A DNA stretch of 64,000 nucleotides, from NCBI GenBank assembly GCA_051530055.1, contig CM121342.1, positions 14,399,480-14,463,479 of the forward strand, given 5' to 3'. This DNA comes from Neoechinorhynchus agilis (Eukaryota; Animalia; Acanthocephala). A program made the translations under genes and the position numbers. Position 1 is the stretch's first letter, and each line of letters starts with the position of its first letter. Below are positions 29,879 through 45,200 of the stretch, in pieces. Below the pieces are notes generated by a model that saw only the letters and a program-made list of their open reading frames with translations, did not search any database and was not told the origin of the DNA.

Positions 29879-32727
29879 CTAAAATTATTTAAGTCTGGTT
29901 TATCAGTTATTTTTATACGTTGCAATTGACGTTCAACTTCGATCGATTCACTTTCGTCCAACTATTTGTGATTTATTATATGGTGCGAAAACAACGTCTA
30001 ACCTCGACGATTGCCTCTTTTAGATCCTCACAGAACTGAATTCGATCGTAATTGGTTTTTGTACAAAAGTCGATTCTGAATCGATTATCTTCACGCTTTG
30101 TAAGACGGATTCCAAATTTAAAATCTGTTCAAAATATAACGGAGTTACATTTCATGTGCGTGTACTCACAATCAGTTTCCATTAACCGTATCTGCAAACG
30201 ATTTAGTTCATAATATGATTTCACGCAATAAGCACGATTCTTGTTTTTCCTTACTGTGAGTTTTGTGATCTTAATGCAAAATTAGCTTTTTAAGTAAAAT
30301 TGATTTCATCAGGTTCATCTGAATGTTCTTTTATTTAACTCAACTAAACTACCTATCGCATATGGGCATAAGGGATGAAATCCGGGCATTATAAATTACG
30401 GCACTGGGAGATGAATAGCCAAACTGTGCACTTTTGTACTCTTTATAATGATAAATCTAAAATTTGTTAGGGTTTTGCATTGTAACATCATCCGAAATAT
30501 GCGTGTTTCAGGTATTCAAATACATCGAAAAAAATGAAGTAGACTCGTTGTACAAGTTAATTAGGAGCGTTGACATGTGACTGGATTTTTATACTAACCA
30601 ATAGTAAATCATTAAATAGAAACAGATCTCTTCTATGAGCATAACTCTTTTTATCAAGATCATCCACTTGCCACAAGTGACAAAAACTTATAAGACGTCT
30701 CGAGAGATCATCAGCTAGTCTACCGAATTTTCCGATGGTACCAATCAGGGTACGTTCAACACGTGCAACTTGACTAGTATGATCGTCCAGGACTTTAAAT
30801 TCATTGGTCTTTATTCGCTCGTACATTCGGCACAAACGTATTTCATCGAGGTTGTCAGAGATCGATCGAAGATTAAATAAGAATTGCGAGCAATTCATCC
30901 GCTGGCTGTGCTTGAGATTTCGCGAATGAAGATCTGTGTTTAAAAGAATAAGTGCGAACGCTAAGACACAGACTACAGATGGTGGAATCGGGCATTGCTC
31001 ATTGCATTCAATGTATCTTTTACCAAAAACCTGAGACAGTACGTTGAATTGATTATCATTTTATAATTCACGGCAAGTTTAGAATCATACCTCGCAAATC
31101 GCTTCGATTTTTTGCGCTTCTCCCTGTGCAATAACTGACAACGAATTGAAGTTAAAATATCCTTACCGGGAGCTTAAAATATGCAAGGAAGCGCCTCAGA
31201 GCTACGTCCACTTCCATTCCGTCCATTCGAAAAAATCGAGAAAAGCATCTATAAAAGAGAATGCAGTAATAAAGAACGTTTTTAATTTATATGAAGCATG
31301 GAGATGTTGCCTTTAATTCGATAGGACTCGTAAATTCACGTTGTTATATAAAAGCTGTAATACGTTAGTAAAATGATCTAATTTTTGTCGAAAAGACGAA
31401 ATTTCTTAAGGTGAGTTTCAACAGAGCGAGAGTTCTCTAAAATAACTAACATTACATTTAATCTGCTAATCAGCGATACTTGACACTTGTATCTGATGAA
31501 TCATCAAAAGTACGCCACCCCCATTTTAATATCGAAATGGTAATCAACATGCACCAAAGCTTCGAAGTAGCATTTCTGTTTAAATTAAGTATTTTTGATC
31601 GAAAACTTCTTTGAGCAATATTTATTCTAATTCAGCGTCACAACAAACTTCGATTTTTTAATCATACCGAGATTAAAGATGTACGGTGGGTATCGAAAAA
31701 AAATTTTGATTTTAAACACTATTTCCCTACTCTAATATTTGAATTTAATTTATATACAAGAAATGATTTGAACGAAAGAGAAGCGATTGCTGGAACATTG
31801 CAAATTGCTTTCGCTTAAGAATATGCGTTTACGTTTTAAATGACGACTTTTTAAATTTCTTAAATGAAAATTAAGGAACGTATAATCGGAGCTCGCATGG
31901 CAACTTTTCTCAAATAAGGTCGGATGACGACTCCAATAATCAAGATGGGAATTATTGATTGGTAACCACTAGTAAAATGTTTCCGCTTAGCCTTTATAAG
32001 AAATATTCTGAGCATAAAAATATATGTGATTGCAACAAACCTGAAATTCCACTAAAGTATGTAATTGGGCCACTAGACATACCTCAGAACATCCTGGGCG
32101 AATCTATTATTGACAAGGCTAAGATAATCGCCCAAGCTTTTTCTGCTAATTCCTGAGCGAGTTGCTAATAGATCAGCAACATCATCTGGATCTCGCCTCA
32201 CAAGTTCACGTTCGAACATAAATTCGAGTCCTTCCAAGGGTTTCCTGGACACGAATGTAAGTAACCGAGCTAACTCTTCTTCTGGTGCTATTGCTTACTT
32301 GTTAAAAATGTTAAGAGCAATTTGGTAACACCGATTTCGATATTTCCGCTGGAAATCAGATAATCCAAAGTCATCAATGCTTTGTGTGAAATTTGATCTC
32401 AGTGTGGGCACGGATTTCTTTTCAGAACTTCCGTTAGCGTATGGATCGAATTCGTATATACGTCCCTGGCGCCGCTGAGCCCTGATTCGATTCCATACAA
32501 TAGAAAATCCAGAATCAGAACTGTACGGTTGCTCGGTTTTCTTGTCAATGAGTGCTTTTCGCTTTTTGTTAATGTCAGACAAATGCGAGAGAGCAGGTTT
32601 AATGTTGTAGTACTCTGCATCGGCAGTGAATGCTCTACTTCCTGAAGTCGATTGACTGCGTTTTTTTGGAGGTGACATTGCAGTTCGTGTTGAACTATTG
32701 CATATTGATAGAATATCCATAAGAGTC
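29879..32727 (-). CDS. IQSEC: IQSEC/BRAG Arf-GEF (Sec7 plus PH), 3' exons; 5' exons probably extend past 33600
   Basis: Spliced exons read RCYQIALNIFNK|KPLEG..SRKSLGDYL..VDVALRRF..LP|GEAQKIE..FGKRY..LAFALILLNTDLHS..HRRDLFLFNDLLL..FCEDLKEAIVE|LDESESIEVERQL; GT-AG introns. Confidence 0.92.
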
Positions 32728-35536
32728 CTGAAAAAGTCTTAGGGTCGAATAAGTGATTTTTGTGTGAGAATGGGATGCCTTGTTGATGATTCCACTTCAA
32801 AGCAAGCGTACAGAGAATAAGAAACACGAGCAACCACCCAACTATTAAGAACGCCATTTACCCTGTGCCGAAGCGCAGCTACGACCTCAACCAAGTGAAA
32901 TAACGAGACGTTTGTTCGCACAGCCTTCTTTCCCAATGGAAAATCAATGTTTTCTTCTCCAACCGACGAACGCCGTAGATCCGTAACTGGCACTTGAGAC
33001 GAAAACAATAAGATATGCTCGTCCTGCGACATAAAAAGGCAGTTGATGCAATCACAGGAAGCAGAAAAATTCTCCAGTAATGCGTATCAATATTGTCCTT
33101 TAAATTAAAGGAAAACATACCATTGCTCGCATTGATTGACCATTGGTTAAGCGGTATAAAAATCAGAAATATTGCGAATTTTTCTTCGAAGCACTATGAA
33201 GCTTAAAGTCTTTATGTGACGACAAGCGTCAACGGCTGACTACTTGAGAGGTTCGGTATTTGGGATGATGGCTTGTACCCAGTAGAGTTCAAGGCGAAAA
33301 TTTGAAAAGAGCGGTAAAGATTAGTGAACCTTGATAGCGATCATGTGAAAAGAAGTTGTAGTCACAAAACCCAAAGTGTTTTCAGAAAAGAATTCTTTAA
33401 TCTTGTTTGTGTGATCCATAGTCAGTTCACTGCGGTGCTCATACAAATACACGGACGAATAAAATCTTCCTCAAATCGGCAGACCTTTTGGTTCCTACTA
33501 TTTTTTCTGAATATCTCACAGCACATGATATTCGCTACCCATCAGTTAGCGAATTTGCGTGCATGACTGATCAGATTGGCGGTCAAACGATAGTGCCGAT
33601 AGCTCCAAGTTCTAGATCGAAATAAAAAGAATGCTGATGTTATGGTAAAGATGCGATTGATTGATATCCTATCTAAAGGTAAAATGCCGATCTTAGACTA
33701 CTTAATTTTTTTGTTTGAAGATTGAATTGTTCATGCTTTTTATGGCAAAAAATAATGAAGTAATTTATAAACACATATTGTGCCTCCGAAATATCGAATT
33801 CAATAAATTACTTCATTTTTCCACCATAAAAACAGCTGTTTCTTTGCAAAATTAAGCCAGTGACGATATAGCGCCATATAGTGTTGTTTAGGTTGCTTGT
33901 TAAAGACGAGCATTATCAATTCAATTGCTTGTAAGTTTTTTCAACTGTCGACAAGCTACTTAAACAACAATATATCTGACCACACCTGAATGCAATCCTC
34001 AATAATTCCATATATATGAATAGTGAAAAATAAGGTTTAAAAGGTGATAATAAATTAATGATTGTTTTATTAAAATTATTACTCAAATGTGAACTACGGA
34101 ATTAAATATCGTCGCTTAAAATCTTCGAAAACCAACCCAATTAAAGGTGTATACTCACATATAATACTGAATTTTAGATGTGTTGAACACTTTTAGATAT
34201 ACTTACATTTTCTATCCGAATACACCACAACTACGACAGGATCTTTCTACAAAAGCTCTTCTTGGTGTGGAAATATAAGAGAGTACTTGCATAAATCAAA
34301 CTATAAAATGAAAAAGTGCCTATCCATCATAGATAATCAGTTCATACGACAATAACAGCGAATCCGCGACGTCGAAACGGGAACTACGCTGTTTGCCTTA
34401 ATGCATGGAGAGATGAGAAAACTTACGAAGTAAAAGGATTGTAAAAACGCTAGAGCGCAATCCATAAAATAGCTTAAAATTGCAAGCATACGATTGAAGG
34501 TAGAGTAAATACCATCTTTTTGACAATTAGCTAGATTTCTCAAAATATCTTCAGATCAACATTTAGAGACCGAGGCCAATAAACCATTTTCGTAAATGTT
34601 ATTAGGTGTCTATAAATACCATTTGTCCACCGTCAAAAAGTTCGTTAATAATTCAGTGTAATAAACATAGCGAGGTTTGAACGCTCGGCTGAGTACGAAC
34701 GTCTTTCCTGTGGTCAGAATAACAAACCATCTGCGTTCCATAGGAAAAAGTGAGCTTTTTACGTTAAAGAAAAAGTAAGTTTATTTTATGGCTTGTTCTG
34801 GTAAGGTGAAAATGTGCATATTCATTTATAGCGGCAAGTACGAAGATTGCTCACTTTTTAAAGGAAAAATAGAAAGTGTTTCGAAGCAAAGAAAAATTTA
34901 TTTTGGGTGTTTTTACAATTGAAAAAATCCCGTATGCGACAATAAAGAAATTACTGTGATAAGATGAAAGCAATTGGGTGAAAGCGGGTTACTAAATTTA
35001 AACATTTGAATAAACTGATTACATTACCGGAGAGCAGCAAAGTTGTTCCCAGCAGCGTTACAAATGCACCAGCATCCAAAAAATCAATAAAAAATGAAGC
35101 ACATAGATAAAATGAACCGTTGAACGGACTCACCGAATTATGCTAAAGTCACCTTTACAGGCAAAACGTTGACCCAACTTAGGCATGTTTAAAATTTTCA
35201 CTTTTCAATAACCCATTTGGAAGCATCTGTGTTCACCGCTTATTTCAAATATTGAATCAAGAACTTCGGGATTATATGGCATTGAATGAACTTGTAAACA
35301 GTATCTTATATTATCACATTGCATGTCCAAATTTTATGTCGCCACTCTAGCAATAGTTTATTAAAGGGAAATAAAAAGTCGAATACCCACGATTATCGCA
35401 TGCGCAGGAGATTGCGGTTTGCCTATAAAATAATTTTAAAAAAGCGAGAGCAACGAAGGATAATTATTTTAATCCCGACCCAAAATACGCATACAAATAT
35501 TATCGAGCAAAATCCGTCGTTGTACTATCGTTACGT

Positions 35537-38500
35537 TTACAGGTTATCCCACTGAGTGATTCGTTCTTTAAGCCGGTCGAAAATGTTCCACTTTGGCATT
35601 TGAGATGATATCCATGCGCCGGCTACATGTCCAATTTGTACTGGCATATCTTGTTGGGGAGCAACCTCACGAGAAATATTTGGGAGTGACGACTGCTTTG
35701 TCCCAGTAAGACCTGGTTTATGTTGTTGCTTCGGAGTGATCTCTCGAATTTCCTGGCTGGATACACATCGCTGAACATTTGCTTTTTGTTTAGCAGTTTT
35801 TAAGCCAGTGTCTGATGGCTGTGGCTGGATAGAAGCCTTGCTTAAAGTCGTCGAACTCACAGTGCGACTACGGGAATTGGAGTCATGCCTTTCTTGTCGA
35901 TTAAATTCATTCATCAAATGCATCCAGACATCGGGGTCTGTGATTTTCACCTCTTCAATCATATTACTAGGCACATATCCACGCTGTCCTGTAGTTTCTC
36001 CAACATAAAATCCATCTTGTCCGATTTCTCCGTAAATTTTAATAAGTTGGCCTTCCTTAAAAGTCAATTCCTCGTGGCAAGATTCAAGATTTGGAGACAT
36101 TTCCAGAGGAAGATAATCGTAGAGGGCTACAAACAACCTAGCTCGTGACTGAGTAGTACGACGGGTTGGCTCAGTACGAGACCGAATTTGTCCGCTGCTT
36201 ACTGAGTTGGAACGCTCCAGAACCGTTTCGGATTTCTTCGTTGATACATTATCGGGTGATTGTATTCTTTTTGATGCAGGTAGCAACGATGACTGTGGTA
36301 AATTTAAGCTAGCCAAATCAAACACTACTTCGCCTGATATTCCTTCATCGGTGTCCGGTCTTATTGTCAAATGATATTGCTTTTGCTCACTCAAACCAAT
36401 CAGTTTAATTTTATTAGTTCCAGGCTGAGCTGTACAGACGTGTTTTTCATCCAAGAGAATTATATGGCTCAGTAAATTGGACGGCGGCCTCCAACTAACC
36501 AGAACACTTTGTGAATTGATGTATTTAAGTCCGATTTGGTCCGGTTTTAATTGCGAACCGATTCCGAAGACTTGGGTGCAATCATTTCGCTTAGAAATTC
36601 CATATTTTGATTTTAGCAGGACGCAAATTCGGTGAGGCTAAAATGCAAGTGAAAATTGTTAAATCTTTCATCAGGTAACCTTTTAGAGGATGTGATTCGA
36701 GTAGCTGCCATAAAGCCGATTATGCCAGAATTTATGAGTCAGCGAATGTGAAAATAAAGAAATTTGTGTGTATCATTCCCATAAAATTATGTGAAGCATG
36801 ATTAAAATTAAAGCTGAAAATGAATTTCATTTAAAATTCTGATGACAATCCTCTTCGGCTCATCTCATCGAATAATCATCCCCAAAAAGGATTAAATGTC
36901 GTACAAAACCTTGCTTAAATCTATGTCATCAAATACCGCTGACGTTTGTGTTCGTTCAACGTTTTTGTGCAATCGTTCATCAATAACAATTTCGTATTCA
37001 AAAATCACAGATAGGCTCGGTAACTTTACCGGTGGCTTCCACGTGACTTTTATTTGCCGTGGATTTTCATCCATGACCTGCAAGTCTCCAGGTTTAGGGA
37101 TTGAGCATATTGACTTCGTTATGGCCGGCTTCTTATTTCCATTTGCCCAGAAGCAAAAATCTTTTCGAATATAGGAAAGTAAGCAGGCGTTGAAGTCAAA
37201 AAGAGAAAGGCCAACCTGGATATTTTATTTCATTCACAACTCTGATTATTTTCGATGGTACTATTCCTTTGCTGCCTCGGCGATTAAATGCCATGAAGTG
37301 CCCATCAGCAGTCTCATGACCGACCAGTAAAAGAGTTTCATTTTTTTCAACGGCAAGGTATCTACTATCAAAGCACTTGTTTACTGAGTTTCGAACCACT
37401 GCCATAAAGAAAAGAGGCTCGAAGGTCGGTGTTTGGTTTCCTTCTTCCCTCAGAATAGTACCATGATGCACGCGGAGGGGTTCATCTTTATGGCATCCTC
37501 TGGGATTGTAGTAGCCCCTTTCATTATCCTCCTTATCTACGCTAAAATAAAATTGATTTGTCTTAAACGGAATTGCACTATACCTACCTAATTGTTCTCC
37601 CGAATCGGTATTGGTTGCTTTTGTAGCTTTTTCACCTCCGTGGAACTGACTGTTTTGGGAATAGGATCGATTGCGACGGTTTGTGGCGTATCCGTTGCGC
37701 GAATACCGTTGTGATCGAAGAACAGGAAGTGTTTGACTTGATCGGCGCTTTTCAGACTTTCTAAGACTTTCCATCTCCGTCATCATCTCATTTCTACTCA
37801 GCATAAGCATTTCAGCTTTTCGTTCCAATCGATTAACTTTTGCCTATAAGTGGGGAGATTTATTAGATGCATATTAAAATCGCGATATCGTAAACTTAAA
37901 TTTAAGGACAGGGTGCCATACAGATAAATATGTTCTTTGGCGATTTTAAAAAAGAGACTGTTTTATTGATTTCAAATATTTCGTCCGTCTCGTCGGACTT
38001 CTTCAGGTTGTAAATTAATCAGTCTCGATTTTTATAATCGCCAAAGAGCACATATATAAATGAACAACTTCTTTACAACAGATAAATGTTGAGATAGCAT
38101 AAGGGCCAAAAGTTCTAAAGAAATTTAGCCTGAAGCAGGTCGATTCTAAGCATACTACCTGATAAGTAGATCAAAACTTGTTTAACGAGTATCATTCTTC
38201 ATCAAAGATGTTTAAACGAAAGGAACTAAATCGGTACCGACTAAAATGGCACCGATTAAAAGTCCATAACAATGTAAGGAATCAAGAATTATTACTAAAA
38301 TTTTATTATAAAACGTTCAGTAAACGCCTTGGAATAAAATGACGCGAAACCGTAAGTTACATACCTTCAGATTGTCCACTTCGCTCTCACCGCCGATATC
38401 TATAGTCTAAAATAATGGTAGAAGCTTAGTGTAATGAGCATGAAGATTTAGAAGCAATTTGTAAGCTAGTCAAATTGCAATCTTAATGAGCCTCACGAGA

Positions 38501-41500
38501 TATTTGTGTTCGTTCCCCCGAAATAGAAAGCATTTATTTCCATGCACAATTTTTTTCTATAAACCGAGTTTATCTTTTTACAACATTCACCGATGTGTAA
38601 ACCATGGGAACCCCTTCAGAACTGTGTTCAGGCCAATGAATCTAAACATTTTAAAAGAAATCTTTTCCCTCGTGCATGTTCATGCAATAATACATACCTG
38701 TGCTGAGTTTTGCCGGTTAAGTGAAACAAATGATGAACGTCGATTTGAATTAGCAAGTTCTGATTCTAACTGTTTTCTCTTAAAAATTGGAGATGAGATC
38801 AGTCAAAAATTCGATCAAGTAGACATACCATTTCAAAAAGGGCGTTCTTGAGGTTCCGATTCTCATACTCGGTCAAAGATAGTTTGGCGCGTATGTGATT
38901 TACAAGCGTCGATTCATTTTCAAGCAAGCGAAGCTTCTCGTCTCTTGTAACTAAGTCCTCGTGTAGGCGCTTCATGTCCTCCTTAAGACGCTCATTTTCC
39001 TTAATAATATCCCCATTGTTGATATTCGCTTTCTCCTGACTCCGTCTTCCTTCAAAAGGTGGTATTCTACGTTCCTTACTCAAATCCGATATAAATTTTT
39101 CTCCAGATTCACTCTCTTTTAAAAGCTGGTTGATCTTCGCTGACTGAGATTCGCTGACAGTTACCATATTTTGTCTTTCACTTTTCAAAAGTTTTACTTC
39201 ATCACACATACGATCAAATATCCCAATAATACCTCTTTGCCCCTCGGAAGTTAGAAATCACAAATGTACTAAGTTACTAGCTTTCTCAAAATTAAAGTCC
39301 CCTAAGTTTCAATCTCAAAGTTAAAATATCCTTTCCGGCAGTCGAAGGATGTATCCTTGCTTTTAGATTTGTAGAATAAACAATATGCTGAATTTCGCAG
39401 GTTGAATTCCATAAGAAAATATACCGACCGTAAGAAGCGATCGGGCTTTATACAAAAAAAGGACTAAGCGAAAACAAAAATTCGTAAATTAAAGGAAATT
39501 TGTGTTTACTACTCTAAGATTATCCGCACTTAGCAATTAGAGATTCAGTCAACTATAACACACTAAACACGATTTTCAAAAAATCTTTAGTGAGCCAGGA
39601 ATTCCCTACTAGGGCTAAAGGGATATCATTGCAGTAAACTCCTGTGAACGTAGTCATTCTCTAGCTTCTTCTCAAGATTATTCCGCTCATCATATAGATG
39701 CATAAGGCGCTTTTCATACGAATTTTTTACCAAGCTTAGCTGATTGGTCAAAGTTTGACAAGTACTTTGTATTTCGTCTCGATCTTTTATAATTAAACTC
39801 GTATCGCTGTCTCGCTTCCGGAGTTCAGCATTTACCCTTTCGAGTTCATTCTTTTCTTGATGGGAAGTGTCTAATGAGTTTTGAAGTCGCTTGATCAGAA
39901 CGTCTTTTTCATTGCTGGCCTCATTTTTTATTGGTGCAGATGACGAAGCTGAGATTACTTGAACGGATCTGTCGACTTTGCGAGTAGGATCGATGGTTGA
40001 TGTGATTTTTATTTTCTCCGAGAGTTCTTCATTTTCTTTACATTTTGCGGCTAACTGTTTGGAAAACCAGATAACTTACAGAGTGTATTTGAAGTTCGAA
40101 TGACTAACCTTGGCTTCTAAAGCTTTTAGATTATCCTCCACAGGCGCAAGTCTCGCGACTTCCAATCTCAATGCTTCGTTTGTATCCTTTAATGCCTCAA
40201 AGAGCATGGGATCGATAATAGATGATCGAGTGGACATTTTTACATTCCAGTGTTATGGCTTGGATCTAGCCGTGTAAGCAAAAGAGAAGAAAAATCTTGT
40301 GTTTGAATACTTTGGAGAAGGGAAGGAGAAATGCATTACACTCAGCTAAGGCGAATCGATAAAGTGTGCGTAATTTATATAATGTAGAGGCACGCAAAGA
40401 AGAATGAGAAAATATCCTTTCTGAAATACCAGATATCGTGCACACGTCCGTAGGAAACGGCTCAGTGCTATCATTTGCATTATGTGAAGTTTGAAAAGTG
40501 TCGGTTTCGCGAACAAAGTGGCTACTAATCTCGACAATGTATCCGGAGAGACATATGTATGCGTGATATTCGGAAGGGTAATTTTTAGAAGGAGTGTAAA
40601 GCAAGCTGCCTTTCGATATGTTGGTCCGAATTCGAAAAGCGACATTTGACAGATTGTTCTGATGTCTCCTAGTAAATTAGAATTCCCCTTAGGAATTTTG
40701 TTTCTCGGCTGTTGCTAAGGCAAGTTTGCCATGCAACCGCTTTTGCTAGCTAGTTGGCATTGCCAACAATGGCGCCGATTCCAGTGTACCCGGCGAATGT
40801 AATTGGAAATACTGCCACTGTTTATGAATCAAGGTACTTAGACTAGCGACTTCAATAGTCACTTAAAAAAGTGGGTTGCTTAAAGTATTTTCTTCGGGCA
40901 CAACCTTGTTCTTTTATCAAGGTTGCTTGCAAGTTTTTAAACACAGCAACCTTGATAAACGCGTACAAGATTGTGACTCCGAAACCCATCGGATTTTAAA
41001 ATAAAATCATTTTAATTTATCCGCCATATAAAACAACCAATAGGAACTAATGATCACGTAAGGCCAATCACCGAAAATGAATTTCGTTTGCTCTGAAAAA
41101 CAAATGGCCCTATTTAAACCATATAATTTTCAGTGATAAAATTTACGCTTGGATTTGCATCATCTTTAAACGCTGAAAATTGCGACTAGCATTTTGAGGC
41201 AAATCCTTAAATGAACGCGTCAAATATTCCAGCGCAAATTGTAAGTTCTACTATCCTTAAGATTTATCCTCTACTGACTAATTTATCACAACGAAAAATA
41301 CATCCCGTCCTAAATGTGCACTTTTGAACTTAGTGTGCTTCATGTTGGCGGATCCAATAACAATATGCATTGTCTAATCGGCAAAATATTAAGCCGTGTC
41401 AATTGATTTACAGATTTTTCGACGTCGAAATCCGCCGCTTAACCTACCTTATATCTCATTAACTCTGCAATGGTTTTTTCAAGATCCAATCTTTCTTTTG

Positions 41501-42241
41501 CCATAGTCGGTAACGCTCTGCATCCCTGACACGGTGGCTCCTGTTGTGTTAAGACAGTCTTGCGCTTCACATATCCTTCAACGGTCAATCTTTGGGAAGC
41601 AAAGCTCGCAGATTTTCGGATAGACAAGTTTCTTTGTCGAGATCGTCCTCCGTAATTTGCTGCATCGTAACTTGTTTTTATAGAACTATACTAAATTGAG
41701 TTCGAATTCGTTACAGCGATAAAAAAATACAAAATTGACAACAACGTACCCTTCGATTGACGTGTTCGTCGGCCTCACTTCGGATTACTCGAATTACTCC
41801 AAGTTTCACTCGTTTCATCGCTTCGATTCTATTAATCGAATTATCTTTATAAAACGATTTAGACAAGCGAAGAGAAGCATTGGACTGACGAGAAATTCGA
41901 TTGACCTCGGGCATGGACTCGGACATGATTATGTGACGTTCATTTGGTTGAAGACTTTTATGAGTGTCCATGAGATTCCGTATGATTGTGTCCTTTTCGA
42001 CCAATTGTCTGTCTTTTATATTGAGTTGATTGTTGAGGTGTCTAAGGAGATCAGTATCCAGTCCCTGTGGATTGTTAGAAGTACACGATCGCATTTTAAG
42101 TTCATCAAGGGATCGTTGAAGTCGACTGATTTCAGCCGATTGCTGCAAGACTTCTATACATTTAAGTTTGTACAGCTGACCAAGAGAAGTTTCTTTTTCT
42201 TCTATACTAAAGATTGATCTTTTATCCGGATCCATGGACAT
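35537..42241 (-). CDS. RIMBP: RIMS-binding protein homologue (coiled coils, SH3, FN3, SH3); exon boundaries only partly resolved
   Basis: RLFVALYDYLPLEMSPN..EELTFKEGQLIKIYG..DGFYVGE..GYVPSNM is the RIMBP-type SH3; FN3 exon at 36892-37083; second SH3 in 37196-37828; coiled-coil exons at ~38800-42240. Confidence 0.82.
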
Positions 42242-45200
42242 GATTGAACGTCAATATCTTTCAGAAAGTTAGACACACGAGTACGCAAGTGAGTTGCAAG
42301 AGAAGAGCAATGAGCTGTCGTTTTACGAGTAGGCAGTTCGTTTTTTCTCGTAAAACTCTCTTCGTAGGTGTATTGTCGAAGCAAGGGAGGCAACGATGGT
42401 ACAATCGTGTCTCCCGTTATGTGAATGAGGAATCAATCTAAGAACCGATTTATAAACTTTTTGTAATTAAGAAACCAAACGATTGTGGATGAGAATTGAA
42501 AGTACCCGAAGGAAGTGTAAACGAAATACAGGTGAATGTATTTTCCGACTGGAACGACGCAGAAATGACTGTAAACACGAGGTCATACTTAGAATAGATC
42601 GCTATGTTTGTGGATATCACCACGCAGACTGATAGTTACATGGAGATGGGGCTCGATTCGTCGCGCTCGCTGCGGTAGCGACTGAGCAAAGTGAAGAATG
42701 CATGCGACTCTGACTTGCAAATTGGTTCCTCGTGTATTAGAGTGCCTAATTTGCAAAGCAAGCAACACTTAAAAGTGCGACGGATTGAATGTTGATTTGA
42801 AATCATAGTGATGTTTGGAATACTTGGCACTGAAAATTCTCGTGGAACTGAAAAGTGAAGTAAAATAAAAAATTTCTATTCACTGTCTAAGGAAGCTTGA
42901 CGGCGCCTCAGTCGTCTAGGAATTCATGAAAAACAATTTCAACTCTAGTTCATGCTTTTTTCAATTGAACAGGCGACCATTTAGGGAATTTAAATGTAAA
43001 ACATGACTGAGCGACGCTTTTTTAAATAAACTCATTTTCATTTATTCAAGCTTTTTTTTGAAATTAGTGATTTCATGGCAACAAAATCTAAAACGAAGAA
43101 TAAACTGCTCATAAAATCTCTTGTGGAAATAAGCATTCATTAAAAATACGCAACCCATATAGATGAGACTGATATTTGTTTTAGTTAAAAGCAACGTAGA
43201 TTTCCTTAAACTGTTTTGCAGCGATTGCCTATTGTTTATGTGTAAGAAACCAACTTTTCGTCGCGAATTACATTCGATTGGTTAGATATGTTGTTATTTT
43301 AGTCGCTTGTACCAAAACCCAAGAAGGATCGTTAAAGTCGAATGTATATTTTGACTGATTGTATCAGTCATTTTATCAATTCAAATTGTTAAAGTATTAC
43401 GTTCACCTGCGGTTAAAACACTATATCGATTTGAATTGATAAAATATCGGGTGTCGAGGGCCGAACAAAATATTAACAAACCAACCTTTGTTTTTGTACT
43501 GATTATGCTTGAGACACAAATACTGAAATCGAAAAATGTTATCTCGTTTCGGAGGGTGTCAAACTCGCGTTTTTTGTTTTTTCCTTCTACTTTCACAAAA
43601 TTTCGATGTGAACGACGTGTCTCATTAACAGAAGCATAAACAGCAGGGAAAATGTTTGCGGATATTACAAAAAAATTAATTCAACTTTTCCGCCATAAAA
43701 AGAAACATGAATAATTCAATCTTCAAACATATTACTCTTAGAATCATCGATAATAGCATATAAAGATTCAAAGTACGTTTTTTGGAATCTGTCATTCCGT
43801 CGATCTACGACACGCCTATTTCCCCACAAGAGATGAACCACAAGGAAAGTCATCCATAATCTGTTCGGCACAACCCATGGTGGCATCAGAAAGGTTTGGC
43901 ACACCAACCTTGCATCGAAAATTGCTAAATGCGTTGCTGCCATGCACGATACACAAAATTCACTTCGTCTAGTCTACAGGAGTAATGGGAGTTTCTTGAG
44001 GTTTCAAAGAGAGAAAGGGCAGCACATTAAACTCATTTTGACAAAAGAAGAACTATTCTCACTTTGGGTGAAAGTTAAGGCTGAGGTAAAGGGTTTCATC
44101 TGGAACAAAGTATTACCATCGCGAAAATGTCAGATCTCTTTCCTGTTGCTTGGTCTTTACATGCTTATCTAAGCTTTATCATATCAAGAATGTCACGCGG
44201 CTTAAGTCGATCGCTGCACAAGATTGTCGTCGATCGCACAACCGGAAATTCAATTGGCGAAATCCACTTACGGTAAAACGATTGGCGGGTGTCCTCATCC
44301 GGAGAGGAGTGCTTAACGACCACCAGATGTGAAACAGGTCCGTATCTTCTAGGAAGCCTCACAGCACTTTCGATAGCACGAAAACGAGATCGTTTTTGGT
44401 CGATTAAAGGAATCGCAACTTTTCGATATTGATCATAGACGACGTGTTTTTATAGACAAGTGATCAGACTTTAATAGTTTTCATTATTTTACCGACCATT
44501 AAATTACGGCGATACTTCGGCACAATCTGGTGCATTTATTGAGATTAATTTGCAACCTTGATAAAGGCACGATATTGTGCCTCCAAAAGATCGAATTTAA
44601 TGAAATTCCTTCAATTTTTCCAATATTAACAAACAAGAATAATTCAATCTTCAAACATGTTAAATTACTGCAAATCTCACAACTACTTTTGAGATCTACG
44701 ACTTCCTTTGAAAGTGACTCGCTAAATTCCTCTTAGCTTGCACAGATCACCGTTAATAAATCGAAATATCTCACTTGAAGCCCGACTCTTTTTAATTTAT
44801 TCATGAGACTTGTTATATCTTGCAATCTAACTACGAAAACTGTCCAAGATATTGTCTCAATATTTCGAGTGGAAATGACTCGAGCGGGGTAAATGTCATG
44901 TGCAAATATTGCCTAATCAAAAGAGTTTCCTATATGACTATGAGCGTCTAAATTAATTAAAAGCGATCCCATTATCTTCGGGTATTTAAATTTTTCCACT
45001 CCAGTTAAGATAAGCACATAGATTTCTAGCATGTGAACGTTTATCGTGGTTATGCTCATTTGGCCGATGCCTGACAATTTTGTTCGTATACGAATTTCTT
45101 GCACTTAACAAATCCTAAAGACTTACAAGAAGCGGTCAATAAAAACGTTCATTAATGAGCACTTTGTGGTTAAATCCGATAAACTCGTAAAAACCGAAAA